Source: Callorhinchus milii
Lineage: Eukaryota
Direction: 5' to 3'
Assembly: GCF_018977255.1 (NCBI RefSeq)
Contig: NW_024704742.1
Location: 51,524,001-51,588,000 of the forward strand
Length of the DNA: 64,000 bases
This document shows, in pieces, positions 25,453 through 37,236 of this stretch (the first letter of the stretch is position 1; every line of letters starts with the position of its first letter). Position numbers and translations under genes: made by a program. The notes under the pieces were generated by a model. That model saw nothing but the letters and a program-made list of their open reading frames with translations. It did no database searches and was not told the DNA's origin.

Positions 25453-26335
25453 ACAACAACAACAAAATTACATTTGTAAAGTGCTTGACATGTCAGGAGA
25501 ACCTCCCAAGGTGCTGAACAGTCGGGGATCAGGACCCGAGTATGGGGGTCAGGGTTGGTGTGAGGGAAGGCAGAGAGGTAGGAGGGTGGCTGAAGGCATG
25601 GTCGAAAAGGAGGGTCTTGAGTCATGCCTTGAAGAAGGGAGGGTGCAAGACGAAGGGATTGTGGGATGGAATTCCAGAGGGTGGGGGTAGAGAGGCTGAA
25701 AGCCCGGCCACCGATGATAGGGCGAGTTGGGCGGGAGACATGGAGCAGGCCAGAACCTGCTGAGTTCTACATGATCTGCAGCTTGTGGAGGGAAGAGTTG
25801 GGGAGGCCGATAAGGAGGGAGTTTCCGTAGTCGAGCCTTGAGGTGACGAATGCATGTATGAGGGTTTTAGCGGACTGAGGGGTGAGGTAGTGGCGGAGTC
25901 GGGCAATGTTGTGGAGGTATTGGGGGAAGGCAGAGCGGGCCATGGCACGGATATTGGGGAGAAAGGACAATTGAGGGTTGAACAAGACGCCCAGGTTCCT
26001 GACTGGCTTGGTGAAATGGAGTGTGCAACCATGGATACTGATGCTGCCAGTGCCTGAGGTGCGGAGGTGCTGGCGCGAGTCAATCAGGAGTGCCTCAGTC
26101 TTGATGACATTCCTACTGTAGAAAGTTGGCTCTCATCCAGGACTTGTTGTCTGACAGACAATCTGTCAGGATGTCAGTAGTCCTGAAATCGAGGGTGGAG
26201 GCAGCGAGATAGAGTTGGGTGTCATCCGCATACATGTGGAAGTTGACCGCACATCTGTGGATGATGTTACCAAGGGGGAGCATGTAGAGGTTGAAGAGGA
26301 GGGGACCGAGGACAGAGCCCTGAGGAACACCGCAC
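25453..26335 (-). mobile_element. L2 3' ~880 bp (RT core to tail)
   Basis: [34 protein letters not shown]; (caa)n tail; frameshifted and internally deleted. Confidence 0.95.
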
Positions 26336-26344
26336 AAGAAGGAT

Positions 26345-26598
26345 GACTTTCAGCCCATCGTGCCTGTGCCAGCTCTTTGAAAGAGCTAACAACTAGTCCC
26401 ACTCCCCTGCTTACCCCATAGCCCTGCAAAGTTTTCCTTTTTAAGTACCTTTCACGTCCTCCCGACGTGAAAGGCGCTCAATAAATGGAATCTTGTTGTT
26501 GTTGTTGTTGTTGTACCTTAAGTCTGTGCCCTGTGGTTACCAACCCACACCCCAGCGGAAACAATTTCTCCCTATTTACTCTATCAAACCCCTCACTC
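26345..26598 (-). mobile_element. CR1 3' remnant containing a minimal plus-strand L2 tail (26452-26513)
   Basis: Matches 11395-11710; insert flanked by gtacctt at 26445-26451 and 26513-26519. Confidence 0.85.
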
Positions 26599-28384
26599 AC
26601 TCCAATTAGCTAACTCACATTGGCTGCACAGTCCCTACCACCGCCAAGACTTCAGTTATTACTACTACTATGCCTCTAACCTCTGGAACTCCTTCCCTCT
26701 ACGCCTCATCTCGCCTCGTCTTGCCTCCTGTCTATCAATCTTTAAATCTGTCTAGAAACCTTATAACCTACATCATCTCCCCTTTCACCTTCTCAGTTTT
26801 GTTAAACATCACTGACTCAGGGTTTAGATTTCAGAATTCAAATTACTAATCGAGGATTCATTGAAATCAATCAACAAGAAGTGCCTGCTGCGATTACGTT
26901 TTCTTGAAAGCCATTTGATGTTATCAGTTAGGAAGATTTTCAGGCTGTGACATGACATTTCCAAATAAAGTAATTCAACTCGCCAGTTGATATTTTGCTG
27001 GATTTTTCCAAAGCAGACATCAATGTTATTTTATGAAATGTAACATAAACTGGTCCAAATAAACATATAGGTTATTAACCTGATTGGAGGTCAGTCGCCC
27101 CAGTTATTTCCATCTGAGATTGTATTGGGATGTATGTCCTCCCGACGTAAAAGGCACTGGATAAGTGCAATTTCATTGTAGTTACTGTTTTTTTGTAGCA
27201 AACAGAAAAGAGAGACTCAAATCAGATCAAGAGGTGCCAACGAAGCAACTAAAACAAAACTTCTTTACAAACATATTGCATACTGTGGTATGAAAAAATG
27301 CTGATACAGTCCACTAAGAGTCACAATATTGACTGCCTGTGGCCTGCATGATCTGCAAAACTGGGTCTAAACTGCGAGATTTGCAAAAGAATTAGAACTC
27401 CACTACAGTATAGAGCCTTTCACCAACATACAGAAATTTGAACTCAGATCTAATCAGCATCTAAGCAGAGTTGGCCACAATACATGTAGGATTCACAGTT
27501 TACAAATTATTTTATGAAGAATGCAAATTGCAGCTCACTGTGTATATCGTTATTATGTGTACTTTCTGAGTGCAAGAAAATAAAAAAGAACATAGTGCAT
27601 AGATGTACGCTGTTTAAGTACAGCCAAGGCCTATAACAAGCTACCAGATACATCATAGCCTTGATCGGCAGGGCTAGAAACTGTAGAAGGGATTATAAAA
27701 GATATCCTGAGAGTCTGCTGCTCACTGATTTCTTCACCCTGATAAAGGAGCGAAACCTCAGAGCTGCCACTCAGATGTCAAGATGCAAACTCCGAGCAGT
27801 AAACACCACAAACCTAACAGTGCATCTGCAATGCAGCTGCAATCTATTTCCTGCCTCGAGCCACAGCCTTCACTCATTTTACATGAGACAAATTGAATCA
27901 CAGGGCACTCACTCTCTAACACCCAGTCAGCTTAGGGGCTGTCATTTTGCCCAATTGACCCTGTGCTCTCAACTTTTAATGAGAAGTCAATCTGCCTCTG
28001 ACCCTTAGTTTATAGTTCATGTTTGCATTAGGAAGAAAAATAGTTGCAGTGAAGTGCTGGGGAATCATAAGTTTTAAAGAGGCAACTTCTTCATGATTTG
28101 AGCCAGAAAAGGCATCATGATTATAACTCTGAAATGATCCAATTATACATTTCATCAGGATTTATGCCACCTTTTTGTGTGCTGGGGAGTAAATGAATAA
28201 AGCTTTTTCATATATTTTTATGAAGACAATTCTCCTCTAACCAAGGAATTAGATTTTGTGAACCCGACTATCAGAATAAAATATGAGTTCTGTTATTGAA
28301 TTTTTCAATTCTGATTGTGCAGAGGACAGTTACACATTGCATTGCGCATCCGTCAGTTAAAAAAATGGTTGTTTACATGCATAA

Positions 28385-28900
28385 TTATTGTAATAATAAT
28401 CTTTGAATTTGATACAGCACCTTTTCACATGGAATCATCAAAGATTTCTGTAAAGTGTAATGGCTGGGTATTTCTAGGTGAATTCAGCAGCCAGTTTTCA
28501 CACAAGAATATCCTACAAACACTCATGAAGTGAATGGTTAATATTTTTTAAATCTGGGGGATTATTAGCCAGGACACCATGAGAATCATAGAATTATACA
28601 GCACAGAAGGAGATCATTTGGCCCATCGTGTCTGTGCCGGCTCTTGGAAAAGACCTATCCAAATCAATCCCCGCGCTCTCCCCATTGCCCTGCAAACCTC
28701 CCCGAATAAAGCTGTTATTGAATCGGCTTCCAATTCGATAACATTGAATCTTCCCTCTCTTTTCTAATAATTCTTTTAACGTCCACCTGAACAGGCAGAT
28801 AGGGATGTGCTTTCATGATTCATCAAAGAACAGCATCTCTGACAGTTCAGCATTACTCTAGAACTTTGCAATGTCAGGCTAAACGAGGAGCTCAAAGTCC
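28385..28900 (-). mobile_element. Deu-SINE split by a CR1 tail (~28580-28735)
   Basis: Tail (aat)n ctttgaatttgatacagcacc; gccaggacacc | catagaattatacagcac CR1 tail | ttttaacgtccacctgaacaggcag. Confidence 0.75.
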
Positions 28901-29872
28901 GAAGCACAGTCATGTATGGTAGTGCAGTATATTGAAATGCTTGGGGCAATTAGTTGTGGTGCTTGTTTCCCCAGGCTTTATTGAAAGCAATCAATACATA
29001 GCGAACAAGCGCATAAAATGGTTTTGCTGTTATAATCCAAACATGTCTGAGGAGCCATTGATATGGAAGAAAAGATAGGAAAGCCACATTTAACAGCTGA
29101 GAAATTGATCTTTTCCTTGAAAAAACTTTTCAGGTTTTGAAAACAATCTGCCCAATGGAGCTTGTCAAACATAGCGAGAGGTTGTCATAACAGCAACTTC
29201 ACCTGTTCCATCAGCAACAATAGGTGAAATTCCAAAAAAAAGGTGGAACAGAGCAGAAGTGCAGCACAAGATACAATGGTCTATAGTTGTAGCCTGATGT
29301 CATTCAATCAATGGTAATTCATCTTCCCAAACATGATCTCAAAGGAACAAAAGAGGAACAGTGTTGTTTCTGTCAATGAGGAAATGGAAGACATGGATAG
29401 GAAAGGTATAGGTATTGAAAGATTGTACATTTTAAAGGCCAACTTTCGCCTGTCCTTCATTCCTCTTGTCTTTTTTATGCAGAGTGAAGAACCGACTCAA
29501 CTTACAAGAAATACAGAATTTTATTTTAACAGTGTAATTTAATACATTAATTACGTATTATATAAGCACTTTTGTAAAGGCTCAAAAATGGGGCCCAATT
29601 TCAGAGGAGGTTAAGAAGTGGGAAAAGTATTCAAAGTATTCAAATTTTAATAATAATAATCCTTGCATTTGATATAGCACCTTATCTCGTCTTCGAGATG
29701 TCTCAAAGCGCTTTACAGAATATTGACTGGGCCATATTTTGTGGGCGAAACACGGCAGCCAATTTCACAGTTTTGAGAGGATAAATTGTGAAATATTATT
29801 TCCACTGCATACTAAAGCAGTAGCAAGGGAAATTATGATCAGAGTCGATGCTGAATATTTGAAGCATTAGAG

Positions 29873-30238
29873 CAGCGGTGGCCAACTTTTATGGTTGGCC
29901 AGCAAAATAAGTGTTCTTGATTGAACATTTCTTGATTTTTGCCATAGAATCATAGAAATATACAGCACAGAAGGAGGCCATTTGGCCCATCATATCTGTG
30001 CCAGCTCTTTGATAAGAGTTATCCAATTCAATCCCATTCCCCTGCTCTCTGCCCATAACCCTGCAAACTTGTCCTCCCCAAATAATCATTCACTTCTGCT
30101 TGCCATAAATCAAGAAATAAATGAAAACCCACTACCGATTGAATACGGACTTATCTAGACTTGTACCAATGTGCAGAAGGCTTCTTGTAAGCTCCATGGG
30201 CCACATCCGGCCTGCGGGCCACAGGTTGGCCACTACTG
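29873..30238. mobile_element. hAT/Charlie-type MITE with a nested CR1 tail (29943-30090)
   Basis: TIRs cagcggtggccaac / gttggccactactg; 8-bp TSD cattagag / cattaaag. Confidence 0.88.
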
Positions 30239-31067
30239 CATTAAAGCGTGGCATGCTTTGCCACAAGTGACTATCGAGGCTGAGACCTTAACAAGACTAA
30301 AAGCAGAATTGAATAAACATCTACAAGGGAATAATATGAAGGGCTTGGAGACAGAGCAGGGAATTGTGAATGAGAGACAGTACTAGTAAATGTATTAGCA
30401 ATAGCTTAGGCTCGAGCGCCATCTTATTGTTAGTATCTTTTGGATTTTAATTCCGATGGTTCGAACATTCTGTTGGAACACAGAAATTTGTATCATGGCT
30501 CTTTGAAAGAGCAATTCATGGAGTCCCATTTGCCTTGCCTTTTTCCAATACCTGCAAGGTGCCCCTTTTCAGATATCTATCTAGTTCCATCATGAATGTC
30601 AATATGGATGCTACCTCAACCACTGACCACGGTGGTATTCACACGGACGTGGAAATGCAACTGGGCATCTAGATGTGCAGACGTCTTCCACTTCAAACAT
30701 GACAAAATAACAAATCATGTTATTATTGTTAGACCCTCCTATAATCTGGCAAAGGGCTGCACGTTGGCTTTGGCTGTATTTTTCGTTTTTTTTATCTGTT
30801 TGGTTGACATTTCTGGAAACTCTATGAATGCATTGCCTACATCTAATTATCTTGACTTTCGTAAGAAATGATCAGACTTTATTTCATGGATTTCAGCAAT
30901 TTCTGTGTAATTTTATTTAAGGCTTCTGTAGAAAATTCCAACAAATTGGTTATAAAGTACCCAAACTCCTCTATCCAATTTTGCAAACTGGAAGTCACAA
31001 TTAACCCAACAATTCCAGTGTGCAAACATTTCATTTTAGACCTCAATTTCTCAAAAAACATAACATT

Positions 31068-31400
31068 TAATAATAATAATAATCCTCGCATTTGATGTAG
31101 CGCCTTATCACGGAATCTCAAAGAAGTCTCAAAGTTCTTCACAGAATATATTGTAAAGTGTAGTGACTGTGTATTTTGTGGGTAAAAGGCGGCAGCCAAT
31201 TGCAACAGCAGTGTTCACACTGCTGGATTGAGTGACCCAATTTTTTTTAGTGATTATTCCCCTCAGAAAGCTATCTGCCAATCAACTAACAACTGGGTTC
31301 CTGTTTACTGCTGGGTAAACAGAGGGGTGTGATGCAAGGAAACATGCCGAAGATTTTGTTCTGCCCAGGAATCAAACCTTGATCTTTTCACTTGCAAATA
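31068..31400 (-). mobile_element. tRNA-SINE
   Basis: (aat)n cctcgcatttgatgtagcgcc..ggtaaacagagg..aggaatcaaacc. Confidence 0.88.
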
Positions 31401-31824
31401 TCTGCTTCCAAGAGTTACAGAATGGAATTAAAATAATGTCAGAATCAAATAGAATATCTTGATGCCCAATGTTATTAGAATGGATGAAAATGTGCCCATG
31501 GATCTCCTGCAGGGAATTCTACGTACGTCAGGGCAACCCACGAGGCCTCAGCTCAGACCAAATAGCTCATCAGAGAAGAATCCTTGTAAATTTAGTCTGA
31601 CGTACATTGTGTTCTCTGAAGGAGATGCAGTTTATAACCTCGAACATTTTTTAACCATACATGTCAAATCTGCTCTAATAACTATATTTGATACTGACCA
31701 AAATAACCTTTGGAGTAAGATCTTTCAATTCACGATAAAGCCTGAATCATTGATGTAGTGAAAGACAAATTAGCAGAAAGTTGAACTAACAAATCTAATA
31801 ATTGAACCCTGAGCTTCTTTAATG

Positions 31825-32190
31825 GCTCTGTGGATTCATCCACTGAATAGTTGAATCATACAGACTGTAAAAGGTATTAGGTTCAATCCTTGGTCTGTGT
31901 TGAATTAACAAATCTGGACTGGAGCAAGAGTAGGGTAATGTCAACTAACTTCAGTGCTTGGGGTTAGGAAGAAGAAATTAGTTGCAGATTGTGCCTGTAG
32001 TCACTATCCACCGATCCTTGGTGGAGGTGCCCATGTGTGGACTTCAGGTGATGACAGGAACTGGTCTGGCTGTCATGACCCTGTTTTTCGCTCACAAAAT
32101 ATACGGTCAATTCTGAGAAGCACTTTGAGACCTCTCAAAGGCGTGATAAGGTGCTATATCAAATGCAAGGATTATTATTATTTATTATTT
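31825..32190 (+). mobile_element. Ancient SINE 5' part joined to a tRNA-SINE tail (from ~32083)
   Basis: catacagac..aggttcaatccttggtctgtg head, then cacaaaatatacggtcaatt..aaatgcaaggattattatta. Confidence 0.6.
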
Positions 32191-32334
32191 AATACTTACT
32201 AAGGTTCATATGCAGATAATAGATACTCTGAACAGGTATTGAAGAATCCAAAGAAGCATGCCTTAAAAGTCTTCAGGAGAAATGGTTGAAGAGAGCAAGT
32301 TTGATTAGAAACTTTGTTTAAAAACAATCTATAA

Positions 32335-32910
32335 GCTAACAGGATAGGATCAGCCTACCCATTAGAGCTTTGGCTTGCAGGGTTAACAGTAGCTGAGTGG
32401 GATGAATCTCTGCCCCAAATGTCCTGCCTGCCTTACACATCCTGCTGATGAGCCAGGCTGGCTTTAATGTCATCAGCAATATCCTGGAGTACTGCAGACC
32501 CACCTGTCTCAGGAATCGGATACTGAGACCACCACAGAGGATGGCTCTATTCTGACATTCTGTTGCCAAACACATCACCTCAGATCCAGTTGAGCTCCAA
32601 CGAGATCCAACTTACCTCACCCTAAGGAGGATAGTCACTAGTTAGCCATTTGACAACCACACAACATGCACAGGTTTAACTCCTCGCTAGGTGGATGGCA
32701 GGTACCTACAAACTCCCTGTGAGCTTCTTGGTGAACAGCACTGCTCAGCGTGAAATTCATGAAAGAAATGCCCTGCTCACAGTTCAGACACACATCTACC
32801 CATTGAGAGATGGTTTCATCAGTTAGATGTGAGGAGCTTAAGCAGCTGCTTTTACCCTCTCTGCAAACCAATCAAGGTGGATCCCAAGCTCTGAATATGC
32901 TGAGGACATG
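32335..32910 (-). mobile_element. Unclassified non-LTR family fragment
   Basis: Collinear with 8800-9350; reads TLIGLQRG*KQLLKL..CLNCEQ and PTQLLLTLQAKAL. Confidence 0.75.
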
Positions 32911-33144
32911 TCAATATTTGCAAATGCTGTTCATAATTATTGGAGACCTGCCTGGCTTCACAAGTGAGTTCGTCACTATAGAGGTCGCAGTACTTAACTA
33001 AATAAAAATGTTTGAGTAAACCCAGTAACTTGCTAATCGGCATTTTGGGAACTAATGTTTTGAGTTATTGCGAACGACATTGTGGGATAGAAGGTGACAG
33101 TCCAATAAATTAGCTTTTGAATCAATCATGAGAATGTTGTTCAA

Positions 33145-33273
33145 CAGGCAAAGTACTGCAGATGCTGGCAATGTCGTATAAACACAGAAGTCGCTGGGAA
33201 CACACAGCAGGTCAGGCAGCATCCACAGAGAGAGGAAAATGAAGTAACGTTTCAGGTCTGTGACCTTTCGTCA
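33145..33273 (-). mobile_element. Penelope-like element terminal fragment with a degenerate hammerhead core
   Basis: Plus strand actgcagatgctgg..cagcaggtcaggcagcatc..aacgtttcaggtc..gacctttcgtca (shark PLE-type end, from recall); minus strand aTGACGA-aggtc/gacct-GAAAcgtt. Confidence 0.65.
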
Positions 33274-33304
33274 TTTGTAAGCAAAGTTGGCATCCAATTT
33301 GCAA

Positions 33305-33600
33305 TCATGACTATTTGTGGGATATTGCTGTGTGCAAATTGGCTGCCACATTTGCCATGCCAGTGTGGTAATGACAGGAGCACTGAATTATTGGAGCCTC
33401 TGACAATGCGCAAGTCCCCCAATACTGCACTATCAGGTTAAGTGGCAATTTGGGGTCTGCAACCACAACTTTCTGACCAAGGAACTGGAGTGCTACCAGC
33501 GATGCTGAAGGTGCCATCTTTCAGATGAGACATTAAACCAAGGTCCCATCTGCCTGCTCAGGTGGATGTTAAACATTCTTAAAGACACTATTCAAAAAAA
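33305..33600 (+). mobile_element. Rearranged Deu-SINE pieces
   Basis: 3' piece (+), then an inverted head piece, then the core aggtgccatctttcagatgagacattaaaccaagg. Confidence 0.65.
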
Positions 33601-35236
33601 AAGAGAATTTTTCCTATTGTCTTGTTCCACAATCTTTCAGAAATATCATAGGGAAAAATGCAGGCAAAACTACTCTAACTCATGGATGCATAGAAGTTTT
33701 TTTCCATTGTAAGAGCTGAAAATGGAGCCCTTCGAGTCAAGTTGTCCAGTACTCTCAGAGTGAAAATAATAATCAATAATGTTTTGCATTTGATCCAGTG
33801 CCGTACCAAATTGTTGAAACATCTCAAAGCGCTTCACAGAATATGTTGTAAAGTCGATTAACTGTGTATTTTGTGGGCGAAACAAAAATGAAATCTTATT
33901 AAACATTTTATCTATTGATTCTCATATTTGTACTTATTTTTCAGCTTTGCAATTGTTTAGTGTTTACTTATAAAACCACCTTAACAATGAGCAGAGCATC
34001 TGGAAATAGAAATATATAAGTAAATAAATGGAGGAAAATCCACAGGTTTCACCATTTAACAAAGGGACCTGATCACACAAACTGTCAACATGTGGATTAT
34101 GAAGTCTAATATCAGGTTAGTGCCACAAGGTGTAAAAATGTGTTTCAGATGATGATCTGCATGTTTTCCTGCTTACAATAATATGTCTTCAATTGCACAG
34201 TTACTTTTTAAAATCGTGTACATGCACATTTTTATTTTTAAAAAGGATTTGGTTTGTTTGAGCACTCATTTTCACATAGGCAGAAAGTGATTTAACAGAG
34301 ACCAGTGATGGACAATTAAGGTGCTTTATTAAGAATAAGTATGGTTAGAGGAAACCTGGTACTGTAACGTACAGCACCATCTCATTTTACAAATCATTGT
34401 GTTCTATCGGTTGACAATGCCCCAGCATAGAGTACAATGCTGTCCAATGTAATAATTGGACACTTAGTCACCCACTGTCAGAAAAAAAGTCTATTTCTTT
34501 TGGTAGGATAAGCCACAACAGATATTTGATTCTAAGTGGACAAAAGTCTTTGAACTTAAAAAGCCTTCTAGATATTTATGAGATTTTGTTTTAAATGCAA
34601 CTTGGTTGATATTGGAATCCATTGGAAATACTGCAGGCTATTGACATTATGACCTATTTAAAGAGAACCAGCTTTGCACACTCAGCAAGATAGATATCCA
34701 AGCAATAAAAAGCAGCTGAACAATCCTATAAACATTCAATTGAATTTTCATACATTGAATATGTCTGGACTGTACGCCAACATAAATTCCACTCTGAGTT
34801 TGCGAGATGTGTAAACATACTCCCTGACTGACTCCAGACCAGGAAGCTGAATAGATCAATTAGAATCTGGATACAATTAACATCTTTAAAAATCTTCAGC
34901 AGAGTCCAGCGAGCTTTCCTGACAATACAGTCTTCACAGTCACAACAGTTTCAGGTTGCAGCCCACCCTACCCAATCCTTACTTGGGTTGCCAAGTTGTC
35001 TAACGACTCATGTGTTTTTTCTTTACTGAAAATGTCAGTAGTATTACGGCAAGTCTCACCATTCAATATTAGCTACACTTAAATTAGGGGAACTAAATTA
35101 AAACCTTGAGCAATCAATGTACTACATAGTACAATTTATCCTTTGTTAAACCCTATTTGAATGTCTATCTTACATTTATTATGAAACGGTATTGCTTTTT
35201 TCCTTGTCAAATTCTACAGATGAAATCAAATGTTGA

Positions 35237-35790
35237 AAACAACAACAACAACAACAACAACAAGATTCCATTTATTGAGCGCCTTTCACGTCGGGAGGAC
35301 ATCCCAAGGCGCTGTACAGTTGGGTCAGGACCCGAGCAGGGGGGAAATGGTCAGGGTGAGGGGAGGGAAGGGAGGGAGCGAGGAGGGGGTAGAGAGTCGA
35401 GAGGGGAGCTGAAGGCTCGGTCAAAGAGAAAGGTCTTGAGACTGGCCTTGAAGGAGGAAAGGGAGGAGGCGGCGAAGGCACTGGGGGATAGAGTTCTAGA
35501 GCCTCGGGGCTGAGAGGCTGAAGGCCCGGCCACCGATGGTAGGGCGGTTGGGGCGGGGGATGTGGAGCAGACCGGAGCCAGAGGAACAGAGGGTACGGGC
35601 AGGTAGGTAGGGGGATAGTAGGTCAGAGAGGTAGGAGGGAGCGAGGCCGTGAATGGCCTTGTAGGTGAGGATGAGGATCTTGAATTCGATCCTCTGGGGA
35701 TGGGGAGCCAGTGGAGGCGAGCGAGGGTGGGAGTGATGTGTTCCCGAAGCCTGGTGCGGGACAGTACACGAGCTGCAGAGTTCTGAATGA
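35237..35790 (-). mobile_element. Young L2 3' end
   Basis: [30 protein letters not shown]..; (caa)n tail; very similar to 51680-52270. Confidence 0.96.
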
Positions 35791-35936
35791 AAAGACAATG
35801 CAAGAAGAGTAGCAAACTGATTGTTATTTGAGAACAGTTTAATTGTTGGGATGGGGGTGCAGGTGGGAGATGGAGAGAGCATGGCTGAACTACATAAAAA
35901 CACCTTTGATTCAAACAAGCGAGTGAGAGGACAAGT

Positions 35937-36262
35937 ACAAGCGAGAGGACCTGGGTTTGATTCCTGGGCAGGGCGAAATCTTAGGCAAGTTTCCTTACTC
36001 CATATGCCTCTGTTTACCTAACAGTAAGTAGGAATCTGATTGTTAGTTGATTGCCGGATTGCTTTCCAGGAGTAATAATTCTTCAAGAAAATTGAGCACT
36101 CAATCCACGACTGTTATGTAGAACACTGCTGTGTGCAATTGGCTGCTGCATTTCCCCCACAAAATACAGAGTCAATCCACTTTACAATATATTCTGTGAA
36201 GTGCATTGAGACATCTCAACAACGTAATAAGATGCTATATCAAATACAGGATTATTATTATT
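35937..36262 (+). mobile_element. tRNA-SINE lacking box A
   Basis: gcgagaggacctgggtttgattcc..ggcaagtttccttactcc..ggattattatta. Confidence 0.9.
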
Positions 36263-37223
36263 AATAAAAGCAATTTTGTTCAGGATTGTAAACCTTTCAA
36301 CTAAGGGCTCCGTTATGGATCAAAATTTCAAATCTGATGATAATTATTCAAATTATTCAGCTCACAGTCACTAGGAACAAAAGTTGAAAATGTCAGCAAA
36401 CAACAGAAAGTTTACACAGTTCACAGTTCAGAGTAATAAGCTGTAAGAAAATTTGGAAGCCAAAGTACAGCAAGTGGGAACCAAGCTTTTACTCTTTAGA
36501 ATCAAACCTGGCACTTAGGAATACAACAGGTTCACTGATGCTTTGATTATTTTGTTACCCAAACCTTGTGTCTGATTCCCCTGAGGTAACTTAAATAAAC
36601 ATCATATCACTCAGCATGTCCCAGGCCCTTCATGAGTAATGGCTACAATTATTTTAAATAATTCCATGTCATTCAGAGTGAACAGTAAATGCCCTGCTCT
36701 TCTCTGACCGATGAGATCCTTTGAAACATAAACATGTGTAGATGCAGTTTGTTAATAGACAAGTGCCTCAATTTACTCCCCCATTTGGCAGCTGTAAAAT
36801 CTCCTGAGAATGAATTACGCCAACTATCGGAGACTTGTAATGAATCTATAAGCATTATTTAGAGGACAAAATAATACAGACTTTAATTTGACAATATAAC
36901 AAGAGGGCATGCGTCAAAATGGTTGAAATTAAATTCTTGTTTCTTATTAAAACGTATATGGACTCTTCACTGGCTGGTGACCTCGTAAATTAGTGTACAG
37001 AATCCAGTCATTTTCCCAACAGGAAAGGTAATACAATTAGTGAAAGTGTCACTCTGGATCTCTTTTTCATGCCTCCTAGCCACAATGCAGGAGCACAACA
37101 GGCCAAAGTGCTGTTTGTTTTCCCACACTCTCCTGTAAGCATGAGAGATCTGAAATGAGAAGAGGAAGGAGGAAATTTAAGATGTTTCAATTCCTCACAA
37201 GTGTGGACAATGCCACCTATCAA

Positions 37224-37236
37224 CCAGTAGAGGGCA
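37224..37236 (+). promoter_or_regulatory. Candidate CTCF core motif
   Basis: CCAGTAGAGGGCA fits CCASYAGRKGGCR in non-repetitive DNA. Confidence 0.4.

Noticed and set aside
35351..35918. Pro/Ser-rich ORFs here and at 51373-52119 and 52768-53414
   Set aside because: Alternative or chimeric frames of C-rich L2 sequence.
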